Source of the DNA: Felis catus
Lineage: Eukaryota
Length of the DNA stretch: 64,000 nt
Direction of reading: 5' to 3'
Assembly (NCBI RefSeq): GCF_018350175.1
Contig: NC_058368.1
Coordinates: 74,650,001-74,714,000 of the forward strand
The notes below the pieces were generated by a model. That model ran no database searches. It was not told the origin of the DNA and saw only the letters and a program-made list of their open reading frames with translations. Position 1 is the first letter of the stretch, and every line of letters starts with the position of its first letter. Both the position numbers and the translations under genes were made by a program. Positions 27,120-40,319 of this stretch are shown piece by piece.

Positions 27120-27416
27120 AGCTGTTTTCTCAACTTCCTCACCTCCGTCAAGCGTTTTCTTTTCTCCAATCTTACCTTCCCGATGAGACCACCTTGAAAT
27201 CCAATTTGGTGCTGACAATGGCTCCCCCAATTCCATCACCAATCCTCCCCACGCCCTTCAATCTGCACTACCCGTTCTGTCCCTTTTAGTATGTTTCACC
27301 TTCTAATATACTCAAACTCGAACATTGTGTATTTTATTTATTTTTTGTTTTCCGTCTCTTTTTGCTTGGTCAACGGTCAAAACCAAATCTGTTTAATGAA
27401 CGCAGAGATGAATGAA
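27120..27416 (+). mobile_element. L2 3' end
   Basis: Pyrimidine-rich body ending in tgaatgaa. Confidence 0.55.
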
Positions 27417-27799
27417 AAAAAAAAAAGAAGTAAGATGCAAAGGGAGATATGACCACATATGTGACTCAGGAAGCAATTGGTAAATGAATACACTCGTCGC
27501 GTTGAGAGAAATAAAAAAAGTTCGCTGAGAATTACTTCACACAGAGCTGGTTTAGATAGAATAAAAACTGACTTATTTCAAACCTTCACTAATCACATTT
27601 TCTCTATAAATAATACATTGCAAAATGTAGAGAAAGAAGGAATGCTTCCATTATTTTTAGAAAACTAGAATAATAATGAAAGAAACATAAGTGACGATAA
27701 TATCATGGCCTTTGTTACCTGTTTTAGCATATATACTGTGTTTGTGCCTATACGTGGATAGATAAACATAAAACACAACGCCGCCATGATGTGGAATAC

Positions 27800-28170
27800 G
27801 GAAGTTTCTTTTTATATAGGCTTCGGAGAGAGCAGCCTGGCAAGGTTCATCAAATGTAAATGAGCATACATTTTAACCCAGAAATCTTACTTTTATTATT
27901 GCAAAGAGATAATTGAACAGGGAGCATAAAGATGCTAATGCAGGGTTATAGATTTTATTGCTTTTCAAGTATCAGAATAATTAGAAACCACCTAAAATTC
28001 CATAATTAAGTAGTGCTGGATTGTACAACAAAGCTCTGCAAGGGGCTTGCTACCACTGCTTAGAAATACAACATGTATTTATATACACTACACTACCTCC
28101 TGCCGACTGCAATAAAATATGTTTGGAAATAGCATGCATAGTGGTATTCTAAGTAAATTATATACAAAAA
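27800..28170 (+). mobile_element. L1ME-like 3' fragment
   Basis: gcatacattttaacccagaaatcttactt...ttagaaaccacctaaaattcca. Confidence 0.55.
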
Positions 28171-28189
28171 CATATATATTACACATAGT

Positions 28190-28499
28190 ATGCATGTACG
28201 TTTTTATGTGTGTGTGTATGTCTGTGTGTGTTTGTTGGTGGGCATGTGTATATGTTTGTGTGCGTGTGTTTCTATGTGTGTGTATGTATGTTTGTATCTG
28301 TGAGTGTAGGTCTGTGCGTTTGTGTGTGTGCGTTTGCATGTATATGTATGTTTGTGTGTATTTGTACGTGTGTGCATGTTTGTATCTATGAGTGTAGGTC
28401 TGTGTGTTTGTGGGTATATGTTTACATGTACATGTATGTTTGTGTGTGTATGTTTTTATGTGCATGTTTGTATCTGTTTGTGTGTATTTGCATATTTGG

Positions 28500-28531
<32 letters not shown>

Positions 28532-28545
28532 ACATGCACACATAT
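28190..28545. repeat. Degenerate (TG/TA)n tract with 88-bp higher-order period
   Basis: tg(c/t)atgtttgtatct recurs at 28285, 28373 and 28461. Confidence 0.85.
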
Positions 28546-29395
28546 AAAGAGACAAACACTGGAGGTGAAAATTTAGTTTCTGGGATTTGAGAGTAAGCGA
28601 TGATTTTCTTCTTTCTTCTTTTTAAATTGGATTGCATTTTCTACAGCAAGTATCAAAATCTGTGGAAATTTTTTAAAGTTCCAAATTATAGGAAAGAGAG
28701 AGGGAGGGGAAATTAAGAGAGAAGGTGCAGGAGGAAATGGAGGAGGAGGAGAGAAGGAATTACTGTAGATGCCCAGGTAAAATCTAACTAAAGTCGGGGG
28801 GCGGGGGGAAGTAGGCCAAGCAATGCTTTCACGTGTTCTTGTTTTCCACCGCAACCATAATTTTATAATCCTGCCTTTCTGCAGAAAACACTAGAGCTCA
28901 GTTCAGTTCTGATCACTTGGTTCCCATTGCTGCCATGGCCTCCGGGGCTTGGGCGTGAAGGAATCCCTTGCTTCCTCTGTATGAAGAGACGCGTGTCGCT
29001 CACTACACAGAAGCTCCCCTTGGGTTCCTAGGCGAGAACCTTTAGGAACAGACAGATCTGGGTTCAAATCACTGTCTTTTACCAGCCGTTTAACCTTGCT
29101 TATGTCTCTTCATTCCTCTGAATCCACATCTTATCTTTAACCAGAAAAGCTAGCATGGAGATGTGGTGGGCATACTAGGAATCTCGAAAGTCATATCACA
29201 GACATTCCACACATACCTCTTCTCTTCACACGTATTCTTTCCTTGGAATGTTTCTAATTGAACCGAAATTGAAAAGAAATGGCAACGTTATTCCTATTTC
29301 TCTTCCTATAGCTGTTTTTTTTGTTTGTTTGCTTGTTTTTGTTTTTTAATTTGGGATATGATTCATTAGAACCTTTATCCTAACAATGTATTTCT

Positions 29396-29615
29396 CTTTT
29401 TTTTAATTTTTACTTAATTTTGAGAGAGAGAGAGAGACAGAGAGACAGAGGGCAAGTGGGGAAGGGATAGAGAAAGGGAGACACAGAACCTGAAGCAGGC
29501 TCCAGGCTCTGAGCCGTCAGCACAGAGCCCGATGCGGGGTTCGAACCCGTGAACCATGAGATGGTGACCTGAGTGGAGGTCGGAAGCTTAACCAACTGAG
29601 CCACCCAGGCGCCCC
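29396..29615 (-). mobile_element. CanSINE
   Basis: TSD ct(a/g)acaatgta(t/a)ttct. Confidence 0.9.
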
Positions 29616-29798
29616 CTGACAATGTAATTCTTAATCCTACCTTGTCAAAATAATTTTCATCTTCATATTTCCTCTTTAACATCAGAGTCCTATTTCAACT
29701 TGCAATCAATTTTATTTTTCTTCTGACAATATCAGATTTGTGAAGAACAAATCCTTTACTTTTGAATAATTAAAATAAGTGAACATTTAAAGAAACAG

Positions 29799-29834
29799 TT
29801 TTTAATATTTATTTATGTTTGAGAGAGAGAGTGC

Positions 29835-29865
<31 letters not shown>

Positions 29866-30036
29866 CAAGTGGGGGGGGGGGAGGGGCAGAGAGAGAGTGA
29901 GACACAGAAACCGAAGCAGGCTCAGGGCTCAGAGCTGACAGCTCAGAGCCTGATGTGAGGCTTGAACTCATGGACCATAAGATCATGACCTGAGCTGAAG
30001 TCTGATGCTTAACCAACCAAGCCACCCAGGTGCCCC
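29799..30036 (-). mobile_element. CanSINE
   Basis: SINE body in reverse orientation. Confidence 0.9.
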
Positions 30037-30378
30037 ATTTTTACCTGAGGAAATAGATATTTTCCATAGATTTGACCCACATTTTAAAAATGTAGGCATA
30101 CTATTTTATACATCCAAATTTCTAGTAATGGCTTCATTTCAATTGCTAGCTTTCATTTTATATATGAGATTCTGCAAGTAATATTTGATAATATAAAGAA
30201 ATATATATGCTATAAATAGGACAATTGTTATAATTTTCAGATCTCAGCTAATGGCAAACTACAGTAAAAATTGTTTTGCAGGTTCATTTTATTCATTTAA
30301 TATTTGGTTTTTCAGGCGTTTTTAAAACCATATAGTATGATCAAGGTGACAAGAAATACATTTAAATTCCCATCCTAA

Positions 30379-30601
30379 GGGCGCCTGGGTGGCGCAGTTG
30401 GTTGATCGTCCGACTTCAGCCAGGTCATGATCTCGCAGTCCGTGAGTTCGAGCCCCGCGTCAGGCTCTGGGCTGATGGCTCAGAGCCTGGAGCCTGTTTC
30501 CGATTCTGTGTCTCCCTCTCTCTCTGCCCCTCCCCCGATCATGCTCTGTCTCTCTCTGTCCCAAAAAATAAATAAACGTTGAAAAAAAAATTAAAAAAAA
30601 A
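30379..30601 (+). mobile_element. Young Felis-type CanSINE
   Basis: TSD taaattcccatccta at 30363-30377 and 30602-30616. Confidence 0.95.
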
Positions 30602-30764
30602 TAAATTCCCATCCTAGATTAAAATGTTAATTGAAAGAGGAAGATTACAGCAAGAAAAAATATATCAATCTTAATTTTTTTTAAAGTTAAACATTGAACT
30701 CCAAATTTTTTTTAAAAAACAGGCATTTTAGGCTTGAAAAGTAGAATCGTTATAATCAATAATG

Positions 30765-31800
30765 TTTTAACTCAACAAATGCTTATTGGGCATCTACTAT
30801 GCATTTCTATTAGAGTCTGGGAGCTAGAACAATAAAATGGCAAGCAGCCCTCTGTTATCAAAGTTCTTTAATGGAAAGTGAAAAAAACAAGTAAATAAAA
30901 GTGAGAGCTCAATTCAGATTCTTTTTTTTTTTTTTTTTTTTAAATTTTTTTTTTCAACGTTTATTTATTTTTGGGACAGAGAGAGACAGAGCATGAACGG
31001 GGGAGGGGCAGAGAGAGAGGGAGACACAGAATCGGAAACAGGCTCCAGGCTCTGAGCCATCAGCCCAGAGCCTGACGTGGGGCTCGAACTCACAGACCGT
31101 GAGATCGTGACCTGGCTGAAGTCGGACACCTAACCGACTGCGCCACCCAGGCGCCCCTCAATTCAGATTCTGAGATGGTGGTGAGTACAACAGAACGAAA
31201 TGTGACAGAGCATAGCGGGGCAGGGCTAGTCTGATGGAATCATCAGAGAATGTTTTCATGCAGGCGGCACCGGAGATTGGGTTGGATGGACAATGTGGAA
31301 GCTGAGGAGGAGCAAAGACCAAGGCCACAGAGAGGGAACAGATCTGGACATGGCAGGAAGGGAAAGGAGGTGGAGCTTTGAAGACTGATGGTGCTAAGCG
31401 GGGAGCCTGGGAGGTGGCCTCAGACAAGGGCATACTAGGAAGCACGGGGCCTACCAGCTTGCTTAGGGTGAAAGGCTCACTTTCTCCTAAGGCCTGGGAA
31501 GACCATTCAAGGACTTAGACAAAGGAGTGATAAACTTAATTTTTTACTTCCAAGAGGCTTCTAGCATCTGTATGGAGAATGGAGCCTGTCGGGGAGGAGG
31601 TAAGAACAGAAAGAGGTGGGATAGTTAGGACGCTGTTAAAATGAGTGACGATGACCTTTGCCGGGACTGGAGGGCCAGCCGTTTCACGGACTCTAGCTGC
31701 CAAGTCTAGCTGCTTCGGAGGCTGACCTGGGAGCGCTCATAGATAGACTGGAGAGGAAGGACAGAGGAAACAAAGAGGAAAATATGGTTTTCCAGAATGT
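30765..31800 (-). mobile_element. L2 fragment interrupted by a SINE
   Basis: ctcaacaaatgcttattgggcatctactatgc (reverse L2 3' end) followed by a purine-rich body. Confidence 0.7.
30923..31156 (-). mobile_element. Young Felis-type CanSINE
   Basis: TSD ctcaattcagattct at 30908-30922 and 31157-31171; long pure T tail. Confidence 0.95.
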
Positions 31801-31906
31801 CCTTGTGTGTGTGTGCGATATTATCAAGGCAGCCTAGATCACAGTGTAATTGTTTCATCAAGGAAATGAAATGAGCGCATTGGAGTGACCTTTATAAAAA
31901 TTATTT

Positions 31907-32128
31907 TGGGGCGCCTGTGTGGCTCAGTTGGTTCAGCGGCCGACTTCGGCTCCGGTCACGATCTCGTGGTCCGTGAGTTCGAGTCCCGCGTTGGGCTCTG
32001 GGCTGACAGCTCAGAGCCTGGAGCCTGTTTCAGACTCTGTGTCTCCCTCTCTCTGACCCTCCCCCGTTCATGCTCTGTCTCTCTCTGTCTCAAAAATAAA
32101 TAAACGTTAAAAAAAATTAAAAAAAAAT
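31907..32128 (+). mobile_element. Felis-type CanSINE
   Basis: Full head, (CT)n and A tail. Confidence 0.95.
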
Positions 32129-32817
32129 ATTTTAAGTAATTTTTTATTTTGAAAGCAGTTCAAATTTTTATTTTTCCAGCCAGCCACGTCAAGAATTATT
32201 TTGCAGAGAGCTCTGCTGTGGCCCTTCCCTAACTGGGTTTCATAACTGAAATAAGGAGGCGGGTAATGGTGTTCATGACTGACTCACGACTACCTTCGGA
32301 GCATTGTCTTAAGTGGGCTTTTTCTTCATCGCTAGTCATCATACAGATAAATATCAGTAATTGGATGATTTAATGTGTAAATATTGAGTTTGGTTAATAA
32401 ACTTTGGTAAGTAGCTTATTGCCTAACACATACACAGTTTTTATTTTAAAGATCTGAACTATATCAGGAAGTATTCCCTAAAGAATATTGGGTCACGTCT
32501 CAACGTATGCTCAATTTATATTTTAATGTGGAAAGAATTTTTACCATTGTGAAAATGCTAATTATGAATGGATCGTTATAGAGAAATACCAGTTTTTCCC
32601 TTGGGTACCCTCTGTAGAAGGAGACTCAAATTTGCTGTTGCAAATTCACTATAGATCATGTCTCACACTTCATAGCTAAATCCACTTAAGTCTCTCTTTT
32701 GAAAATACTCCCACCTTTATTGTGCCTACAGTGACAAAGTTGGGAAGATTTCCAGTTCCGGAGGTCATTGCATTGCTGGCCACCTCCATTTAACAGAAAA
32801 TATGCAGGGGGAAAAAT

Positions 32818-32928
32818 TAGGGAAACCAACCCATCCCGATTTGCCTGGGGGTTCTGGATTTAGCAATCAAAGTTGCATATCTTGGGAAATCTTTGAGTCA
32901 GGGCAAACCCAGATAGTCAATCACCATG
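32818..32928. mobile_element. MER81/MER94-like hAT-Blackjack MITE
   Basis: tagggaaaccaacccatcccgatttgcctggg...ttagcaatcaaagt...gggcaaacccagatagtcaatcacc; degenerate terminal inverted repeats. Confidence 0.65.
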
Positions 32929-35900
32929 AACAGAGGCAAAAATATGTGCAACATCCAGAAAATACCCGATAGATAACATTAGGTTGTTACATGCAGACTA
33001 TTCTGTATATTGTTATCTGCGTGTTATTTTAACCCAGAGGCTCTATCTGTACATTTGCAAACTAAATATGAATTTTAGACTCTATTTCTGATATCATGGT
33101 GATGAGTATAGATAGATAAACTTGAAGCACAGCCGAGCGGTCAGTATAGTGCAGGAAGGTATAATGGGGGATGATTTCATGTCGTTTCCTAGACTCTTGA
33201 CAAAACGGAAGGAGAAACAAAGCAAAACAAAAACAAAAGGCTGTTACCCCTTAACTCCTCTCCAAAGCGTCAGATGACAACAATATGGGGACCTGATTTC
33301 TTAAATGCAGGCCCCGCCGTCATAGCTGAGGTGAACGTTACCAGCACATCTACCTGGCCCCTCGGAGTCTTGTCACTTCCGGTCTTTCAGTAAATGGTCC
33401 CTACCCGCCCTCCTTTGATGACCACTGCCGTCATGTTTGGAAAACGAACCTCTCGTTTTGTCCAGATCTCAAAGAACTGCAAAAGGAAGCGACATTTCTT
33501 GTATTGCTGGCTTTTACTTTGTTTTCTCCAAACGGAATGGATCAAGTAAAATAGGGTCATTCTTGTTGTTAGTGATTCATCGCCAGCATTGATCCTAAGG
33601 AACCATTTCCGGTCATGGGAAGGGGCCGCGGACAGGCCAGCATGAAGCTCTGCACGTAGACCCGTCACAGAAAAGAACAAGAAGAGCCACAGGTAAGTCA
33701 GATCTCAGGTTACAACTACACCGGGGCTAACAGGAATACTGTGCTTTGTCTCAGGCCATCTTGAATGCTTCAGCTTAACACACACGCAATCTCATTGTAA
33801 TGGGTATTTTACTATGACTAATAAATGTCGCTTCAACGTGTTATCTTCACATTATAGCATATCCACCGACTTTATCTGCACCCAGAGTATTTTTATTGGG
33901 CTTCATGTTTTAGAGAATCATAGCACTGTTGACAGTAGCTTCGTGGCTTATGTATTTTGCAAGGGTAATTTTTTAACGGGAAGTCTTTGTGAACTCACCG
34001 ACATGTTTTGTTGATAATAAAAGAGTTAAGCAATATAGAAAGGGACTGGGTAGTACTGGAGCCATTTACTGGATACATTTGTCTTCAGATTTGTTGCAAA
34101 TAAAAGTATCTTGACATTTTTTTTTTTAATATAATGAGGGATGATTTGGGCTGGATAATTCAATCAGGCGTCCTTTATTTTTTCCCTAATTTATACCATC
34201 TTAACTTTATCTAGAATAACTTACAGAGAATCTATGAAACGTACTACTTCTATTAAGTGGATCATATTACTTCTAATAAATGTAGGAGAAACGGTTAATT
34301 TTTGACAAGTGCTTTTAAAGATAAAAGTTGCCAGGTTGACCTAAGACTTCTGCCGTTTTAGTTTTATTTCACGCCTTAAAGCCAAAATTGAGAAGCCTCA
34401 CATTACTTTTGGGGGACTATTTCAGTAATCTTTAAACTGTGCCTGTAGAATAATGGAGTGGGGACTGGAGACCACAGACTGGGTGTCAAAATGCCCTCTT
34501 GACCTTTCTGTATCCTAAATAAAGAGCTCGATTTATATGTAAACACACATATGTATATCCGTTATTTCTTTATTAACACTGGATTTCTCTTGCAGCCATT
34601 GTTTGAGGGATGAATTTAAAATTCTAGAATTTTATTTAAAACTATAGAATTTTATTGTATTTGATTACGATAACAGAATAAAAGTACTTGAACTTTAAAA
34701 CTATGACATTTTTATAGGTACGTGTGAATATGCCTGGGACAAGTCTATCTATGGCCTCCGGGCTTTTCAAAAATATTTCTCATGTATTTTTTCTTCCTTA
34801 TAATTACGTGCCTTAAATTTTCCAGAAAATGTGTCCTAAAATAATACGGAAACACCTCATTTAACCTGACATTTACATTCTTTTCACTTGGTTGTTTCCA
34901 TGTAAAAGCCTCCATAACCGTAACGTAAAAAGAAAAGACAGATATTTCCAGCAGCAAACAGGAGGGAAATAATACTTTGTTGTTCCGTGTTTTGTTCTGT
35001 GTTAACACCAACAGGCATATTTTACACTTGTCCATTACTATCATCTAAGAATAGCAGGTGTGAACCACTAATATTTTATGACATTTTAACATTTGTCTTT
35101 CATTCTGCACTCTGGGGAAGCAGCCTTTATTTAGATGCTATCTTAGAAGATCCTTCCAGCTGCTTATTCAAAATCTCAAGAGCCAAGGGATCTGTGGAAG
35201 TTCTGGCGACAAGTTCACTGACGACTGAACGTCAGCGCCCTTCAATTTCCGTAGCCCTATTCCACTTCCCTCTTCCGTACAGAGGGCCTCGTAGCTGCAA
35301 AGCGCTTTTGCTCACGTTTACAATTTATTTCCATCACAGACCGACAAGGCGGGGATTTTGTTCACCGTTTCACAACCATAAAAACTTTTCCTTACTCCTG
35401 TCTCTTTTTTTCTTTCGTATTTCCTATAAATATGAATAAAAATAATTCCCTTTTACATATTGTCGAACTTTATTTTAAGTGCCGCATGCTTTAAATTCCT
35501 GAGAAGTCAAATGTGGAAGCAAAATCAATTCAGAGGCACAGAGCCTAGATCAGGCAGGGATTTGATAATAAGTGGACTGACCCATTTCTTCCCCCTCCCC
35601 GGTCAGAATGCCTCTGGTCTAGGGAGGACTCACTGGAAAATGCATTCTTTTGTGATTGAAATCAAAGCAATTGAAACTAACTCAGTGTTTTCCCAAAACG
35701 TTAGTGGATGGAAATCACACACAAAAATGCGATGGGTGGATAAGGCCCTTTTCAAGAATTCACTGCATTCCAATTCTCTTCTGTTTAATCTGCTACTAAA
35801 AAGGTATTTACTATAATGATCTTTATCACCCAGCAAAAGAAAAAAAAATAAGTCTCTTTTCAAAAACAATGTTATAAAACTCTGTAACCTGGTTAAACTA

Positions 35901-36049
35901 TCGCTGCTAAACAGTTTAATCAGAAAATCTTGAAATGGACCAAACAAGATAAAGATGTTGATTTAAAAGAAGAGAAGAGAAAAGAAAAGAAAAGAAAAAA
36001 GAGGCCCAAACTCAGAGCTTTCAAAGTGGCTCCGAATTAATGCAGAAAA

Positions 36050-37900
36050 ACGTTGACCTCGGTCACTGCCTTGGGTGGTGCTAAAAGGAAGTGAACCAAG
36101 GAGCCGCGGTATGAGAACCACACAGTTTCTCACTGCCTGGTGGCCGGTGTCACTGGGGAGCAGTTAGGGAATGGCAGCCGTCATCACCTGGGACCACTGC
36201 TGAGTCTGTGACGGCCCTGGGCCCTCCAGGCATCATCCCTGACAGCCTCCCCGACGCATCCGTGGAATGAAGCTACTCGAATCGAGGAGACAAAATTCCT
36301 TTCTAATTTATGATCTTCGTCTCTTCCAGGAATTTGTTTGCTAATATGCCAGGCAATCGATACACGACCTCGACGAAGAAATTTGTTTTCAGGAGCGCTC
36401 TTCATTAAATCACGCCGGCCCCACACGCTGCCGCTGTAGTTTGCCTCATTATTCAATAGCACTTTCATATCCCATGTGTGTGGCTTTCATTATTACGGAT
36501 CATTTTTCCTTAGGACGTGTGATTTAATTTTAATGCCTGAATCTAAATCAAAACCCTCCGCTACTTAGAGGCTCTCCGGTGTCAGAAGAGAGCGAGGTTT
36601 ATTCGGCTTTTGTGCTGGGGAGTGTTTTGCTCTGTTTCTAAATTATGATAAAAATCAATAAGAACAAAAGGACAGTGCAAATGAGGCATGAAGTTTCCTT
36701 TCCCAGATCAATATACGATTCGGTCCCTCCCTAAAACAACGCTGGTACCTCGGGGGAGCTTCCTAATTCTTGGCTGATAGGATCGGTTAGCAACGTTTTC
36801 GTTTGAGAGGTCCGACGATCCTTCTGAGACCTAGCCTTTTGGAATATTTCACATGCTTGGCCGTTCAAAAAACCGGGGTGTTATTTGCAATCATTCTTTT
36901 AATTCCTGAATTGCTCATGCATCCAGTACCCTCTTGCGCTGATGGTCTCTTCAGAACGCTAGCAAGAATTAAAGCATTTCCCAAGCTGGATGATTTCCAA
37001 GACAGGCCATAATCTAATAGAGCAAATTATTTTCTTTGTTTCCACTGGGAAGCCGGCAACTTAAAAAGCCATCTCCCAGCCCACCTTCTGAAGATCCGGG
37101 CTCCAGCAGGTGTGGGGCCTTTGGCCCCCGTGGGCCCGCGCCCCCCTCCCCCAGCCCACGGAGGGCCCCCCCGTGCGCCAGCTGGAGGTGAAGCCAATGC
37201 ATTCATCTCCGAGGAAGTTTCAGAATTAGTGTTAATAAAAGGCCCGATGAAAGCATTTTTCATTGCACGGAATTTAAATTTCAAATCTGAAACTGGAGCC
37301 GGGGCGGAAGTATCAGTTTAAACCATTAGCCTCCAAATAACTGTCACGAGGGGAAAAAAAGGAAAAAAAAAAAAAACAATTAAAAAGTGTTTCGAAGCCA
37401 GTGAGAAATATTTGCAATGAGGCAGCATCAGTGCCATTACAGGTTCCATGCTTCGCACAAATACTCCAAAAATTGACGTCTCCCTTCGTTTAAGGAACAC
37501 GCCCCCCCCCCCCCCCCCCGCATGCGGGACAATGGACGCGAAATTGTCTCATACTGTCTCCTGAGACGTCCGCGCAGTAGTTTCTCTGCTGTGTCCGATA
37601 CTCCGCTCCCCCCCCCCCCCCAATGCTTCTGTGTCCACGTTACTGTTCCGTGGACCACCCAGTTATACTAGACACAGGTCTTTCGAAGGGGGCTGCATCC
37701 TGGCCGCAGGCTCTGGAGCTGGGGGGACGCCCTTCCTTTTTTTCTTCTTTCTTTCTTCCTGCAAAGTCAGGCCCCAAAACTATGTGGGGTGATCGTATTT
37801 TACCTTAGGAAGTCAAAAGACCATGAAGAAGGAAGGGAAGATGTTTCTTCGTCCGCTGTGTGGACCTGAGTCCCCGCCAGTGGGAGATGTTGTGTCTCTG
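36050..37900. promoter_or_regulatory. Repeat-free, CpG-enriched block; candidate enhancer/regulatory region
   Basis: Visibly higher CpG/GC than flanks, C-runs at 37502-37519 and 37607-37621, no SINE between 32128 and 38604. Confidence 0.4.
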
Positions 37901-38033
37901 GTCTGTGTGGCCTTGGCAAGGACTGCCTCAGAACCTTCCACATGGCATGTTCTGGAGAAGTGCACATTCACCTGTTGGGCACTTTAGTTCCCCAAAGCAG
38001 TCCAGAGTGTGGCCTCATTAGAAGTTTTCACAG

Positions 38034-38083
38034 CACACACACACACATACACACACACATACACACACACACACACACACACA
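38034..38083. repeat. (CA)n microsatellite
   Basis: Seen directly, interrupted by TA. Confidence 0.95.
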
Positions 38084-38603
38084 ATCCAAAGAGGATTTTC
38101 ACTTTTACGAGAAAAGGCAAAGAAGAAAAATGCAGTCAGTGTTGCTTTTGCAGTGCACACCCTGAGCAGCAAGACCGGTGCCACCAAACTCCTTCCTTGG
38201 GAAACACGCTCGGCACCCTAGCATCAAGCTGCCAGGGCTTTGAATTGGCGAATATCGGGCTTTGTCTAGATTCATTTTGTGCATCCATAGCAAGATGCAT
38301 GCTAAGATATCAGAAAAGCCTAGGAGAGGAATTTTGGGGTCTGGGGATGCTCAAAACTTTTTCCATACAAACGGATGGTAATTGCTTTTTCAATTAATGC
38401 CATTTCTGCTTTCAAAAGATTTCATAAGGGATGCTCTACTGTCAGATAGTGAGGGAAACCTGTTCTGTAAATCATATTAAGTCAATGCTCCCTATTCAAT
38501 GTTCTACATTTTTATTCAAAATCGTTCAGTTGTTGTGAGTGTCTACATAGAATAAAAATTCAACATTACCTCAAAGGTAAGTTTAATTAGAAATGTTACA
38601 CTT

Positions 38604-38823
38604 TGGGGGTGCCTGGGTGGCTCAAGTCAGTTAAGCGTCTGACCTCAGCTCAGGTCATGATCTCACGGTTTGTGAGTTCAAGCCCTGCTTCGGGCTCTGT
38701 GCTGACAGCTCAGGGCCTGGAGACGGCTTTGGATTCCGTGCCTCCCTCTCTCTCTACCCCTCTTCCACTCACACTCTGTGTCTCTGTCTCTCAAAAATAA
38801 ACATTAAAATCAATTTAAAAAAA
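38604..38823 (+). mobile_element. CanSINE
   Basis: TSD agaaatgttacactt at 38589-38603 and 38824-38838. Confidence 0.95.
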
Positions 38824-39106
38824 AGAAATGTTACACTTCGTTGATAGTACATTTTATGTGACTTTCAAATACAGGTGCGTTTTTCTTCAGAGAAGGACAC
38901 CTTACACACTATCATTCTGTAAAATATTAGAGACAATATTCCTAACGTAGGTGTTTCCATACAATTTACATGCTGATTTTTTACTATCATAAATATTTTA
39001 GTTGTAGTAAAACTACAGATAAAAATGTAATGGACATATACATATTGTATTGATTGACATAAGAAAATGAGGTCCATGTGTACCCCTCCCTCCATAGTGT
39101 GCCCAC

Positions 39107-39333
39107 ATTTTTATTATTATTTTTTTTTACTATTTTGTTTATTTTGAGAAAGAGAGAGACAGTGAGCATGAGCAGGGAAGGGAAAGAGCGAGAGAGAGAG
39201 AGGGAGAGAATCCCAAGCAGGAACCATGCTCAGCATGAAGCCGATGTGGGACTCATTCCCAGGAACCATGAGATCGTGACCTGAGCCAAAACCAAGAGTC
39301 AGACGCTTACCTAACTGAGCCACCCGGGTGTCC
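39107..39333 (-). mobile_element. Older CanSINE
   Basis: TSD agtgtgccc. Confidence 0.9.
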
Positions 39334-39485
39334 TAAGTGTGCCCCAGTTTTTTAATTATTATTCAAATAAGGCTGAAAATGCCAAAGGTGAACTTACTTT
39401 CCTCCAAATTGCCCGAAACTTCTGAATTGAAATTATTTCTTCACAGAATCTTAGAAATATATCTTTATTAAATATATGCAGTCTA

Positions 39486-39700
39486 GGGGCGCCTGGGTGG
39501 CGCAGTCGGTTAAGCGTCCGACTTCAGCCAGGTCACGATCTCGCAGTCTGTGAGTTCGAGCCCCGCGTCGGGCTCTGGGCTGATGGCTCGGAGCCTGGAG
39601 CCTGTTTCCGATTCTGTGTCTCCCTCTCTCTCTGCCCCTCCCCTGTTCATGCTCTGTCTCTCTCTGTCCCAAAAATAAATAAACGTTGAAAAAAAATTTT
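39486..39700 (+). mobile_element. Young Felis-type CanSINE
   Basis: TSD taaatatatgc(a/g)gtcta. Confidence 0.95.
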
Positions 39701-40049
39701 TAAATATATGCGGTCTATAATAACTAATTACCATTAAAACCAAATAATCATTTGGCAGATTTTAAAAAAGTGAAAAAGATATAATAGAAGAGACTAGTGA
39801 CCAACAGCCCATGTTTGAACTTTTTTGGACATTTTGCATTTTTCTCCTTACAGAACCTGGATCTTTAAAGGTATGTCTGCAACATAGAGTAACATAAAAC
39901 TCGGATACACCTAAAATCAGTATAAGCCTGCACAGATGGGTCTTCATTAAACCAGAAGGCTTTGCATACTATACAGGATTAACACAAGAAGGAGCCAGGT
40001 TGGGAAAATCTGTGCTTTTCTTTTCCATAAACTAATTTAAAAAAAAAAA

Positions 40050-40090
40050 GTTTGTTTACTTATTTATTTTGAGAGAGAGAGCCAGGAAAG

Positions 40091-40134
<44 letters not shown>

Positions 40135-40260
40135 ATCCTATGCAGGCTCTGCATTCTTAGCATAGAGCCCCACACAGGACTTGAACTCACAACCGTGAGA
40201 TCATGACCTGAGCAGACATGAAAAGTGGATGCTTAACCTACTGAGCCACCCAGGCACCCC
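40050..40260 (-). mobile_element. CanSINE
   Basis: SINE body with (GA)n in reverse orientation. Confidence 0.9.
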
Positions 40261-40319
40261 TCTGTAAATTACTGTTGACTGCTGTGTAAATCACTGTTTC
40301 CCACTAGTTGATCAGCGTC

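Noticed and set aside
28088..28637. Several 70-155 aa ORFs (HTHT/CVCV-rich)
   Set aside because: Translations of the TG/CA low-complexity tract.
34987..35439. 150-aa plus-strand ORF
   Set aside because: Non-ATG start, no recognisable domain and no splice structure.
39451..39743. Recurrent ORFs MGQRETEHE.../...WDRERQSMNGGGAEREGDTESE... (also near 58.7, 61.0 and 62.6 kb)
   Set aside because: Reading frames through CanSINE consensus, not genes.
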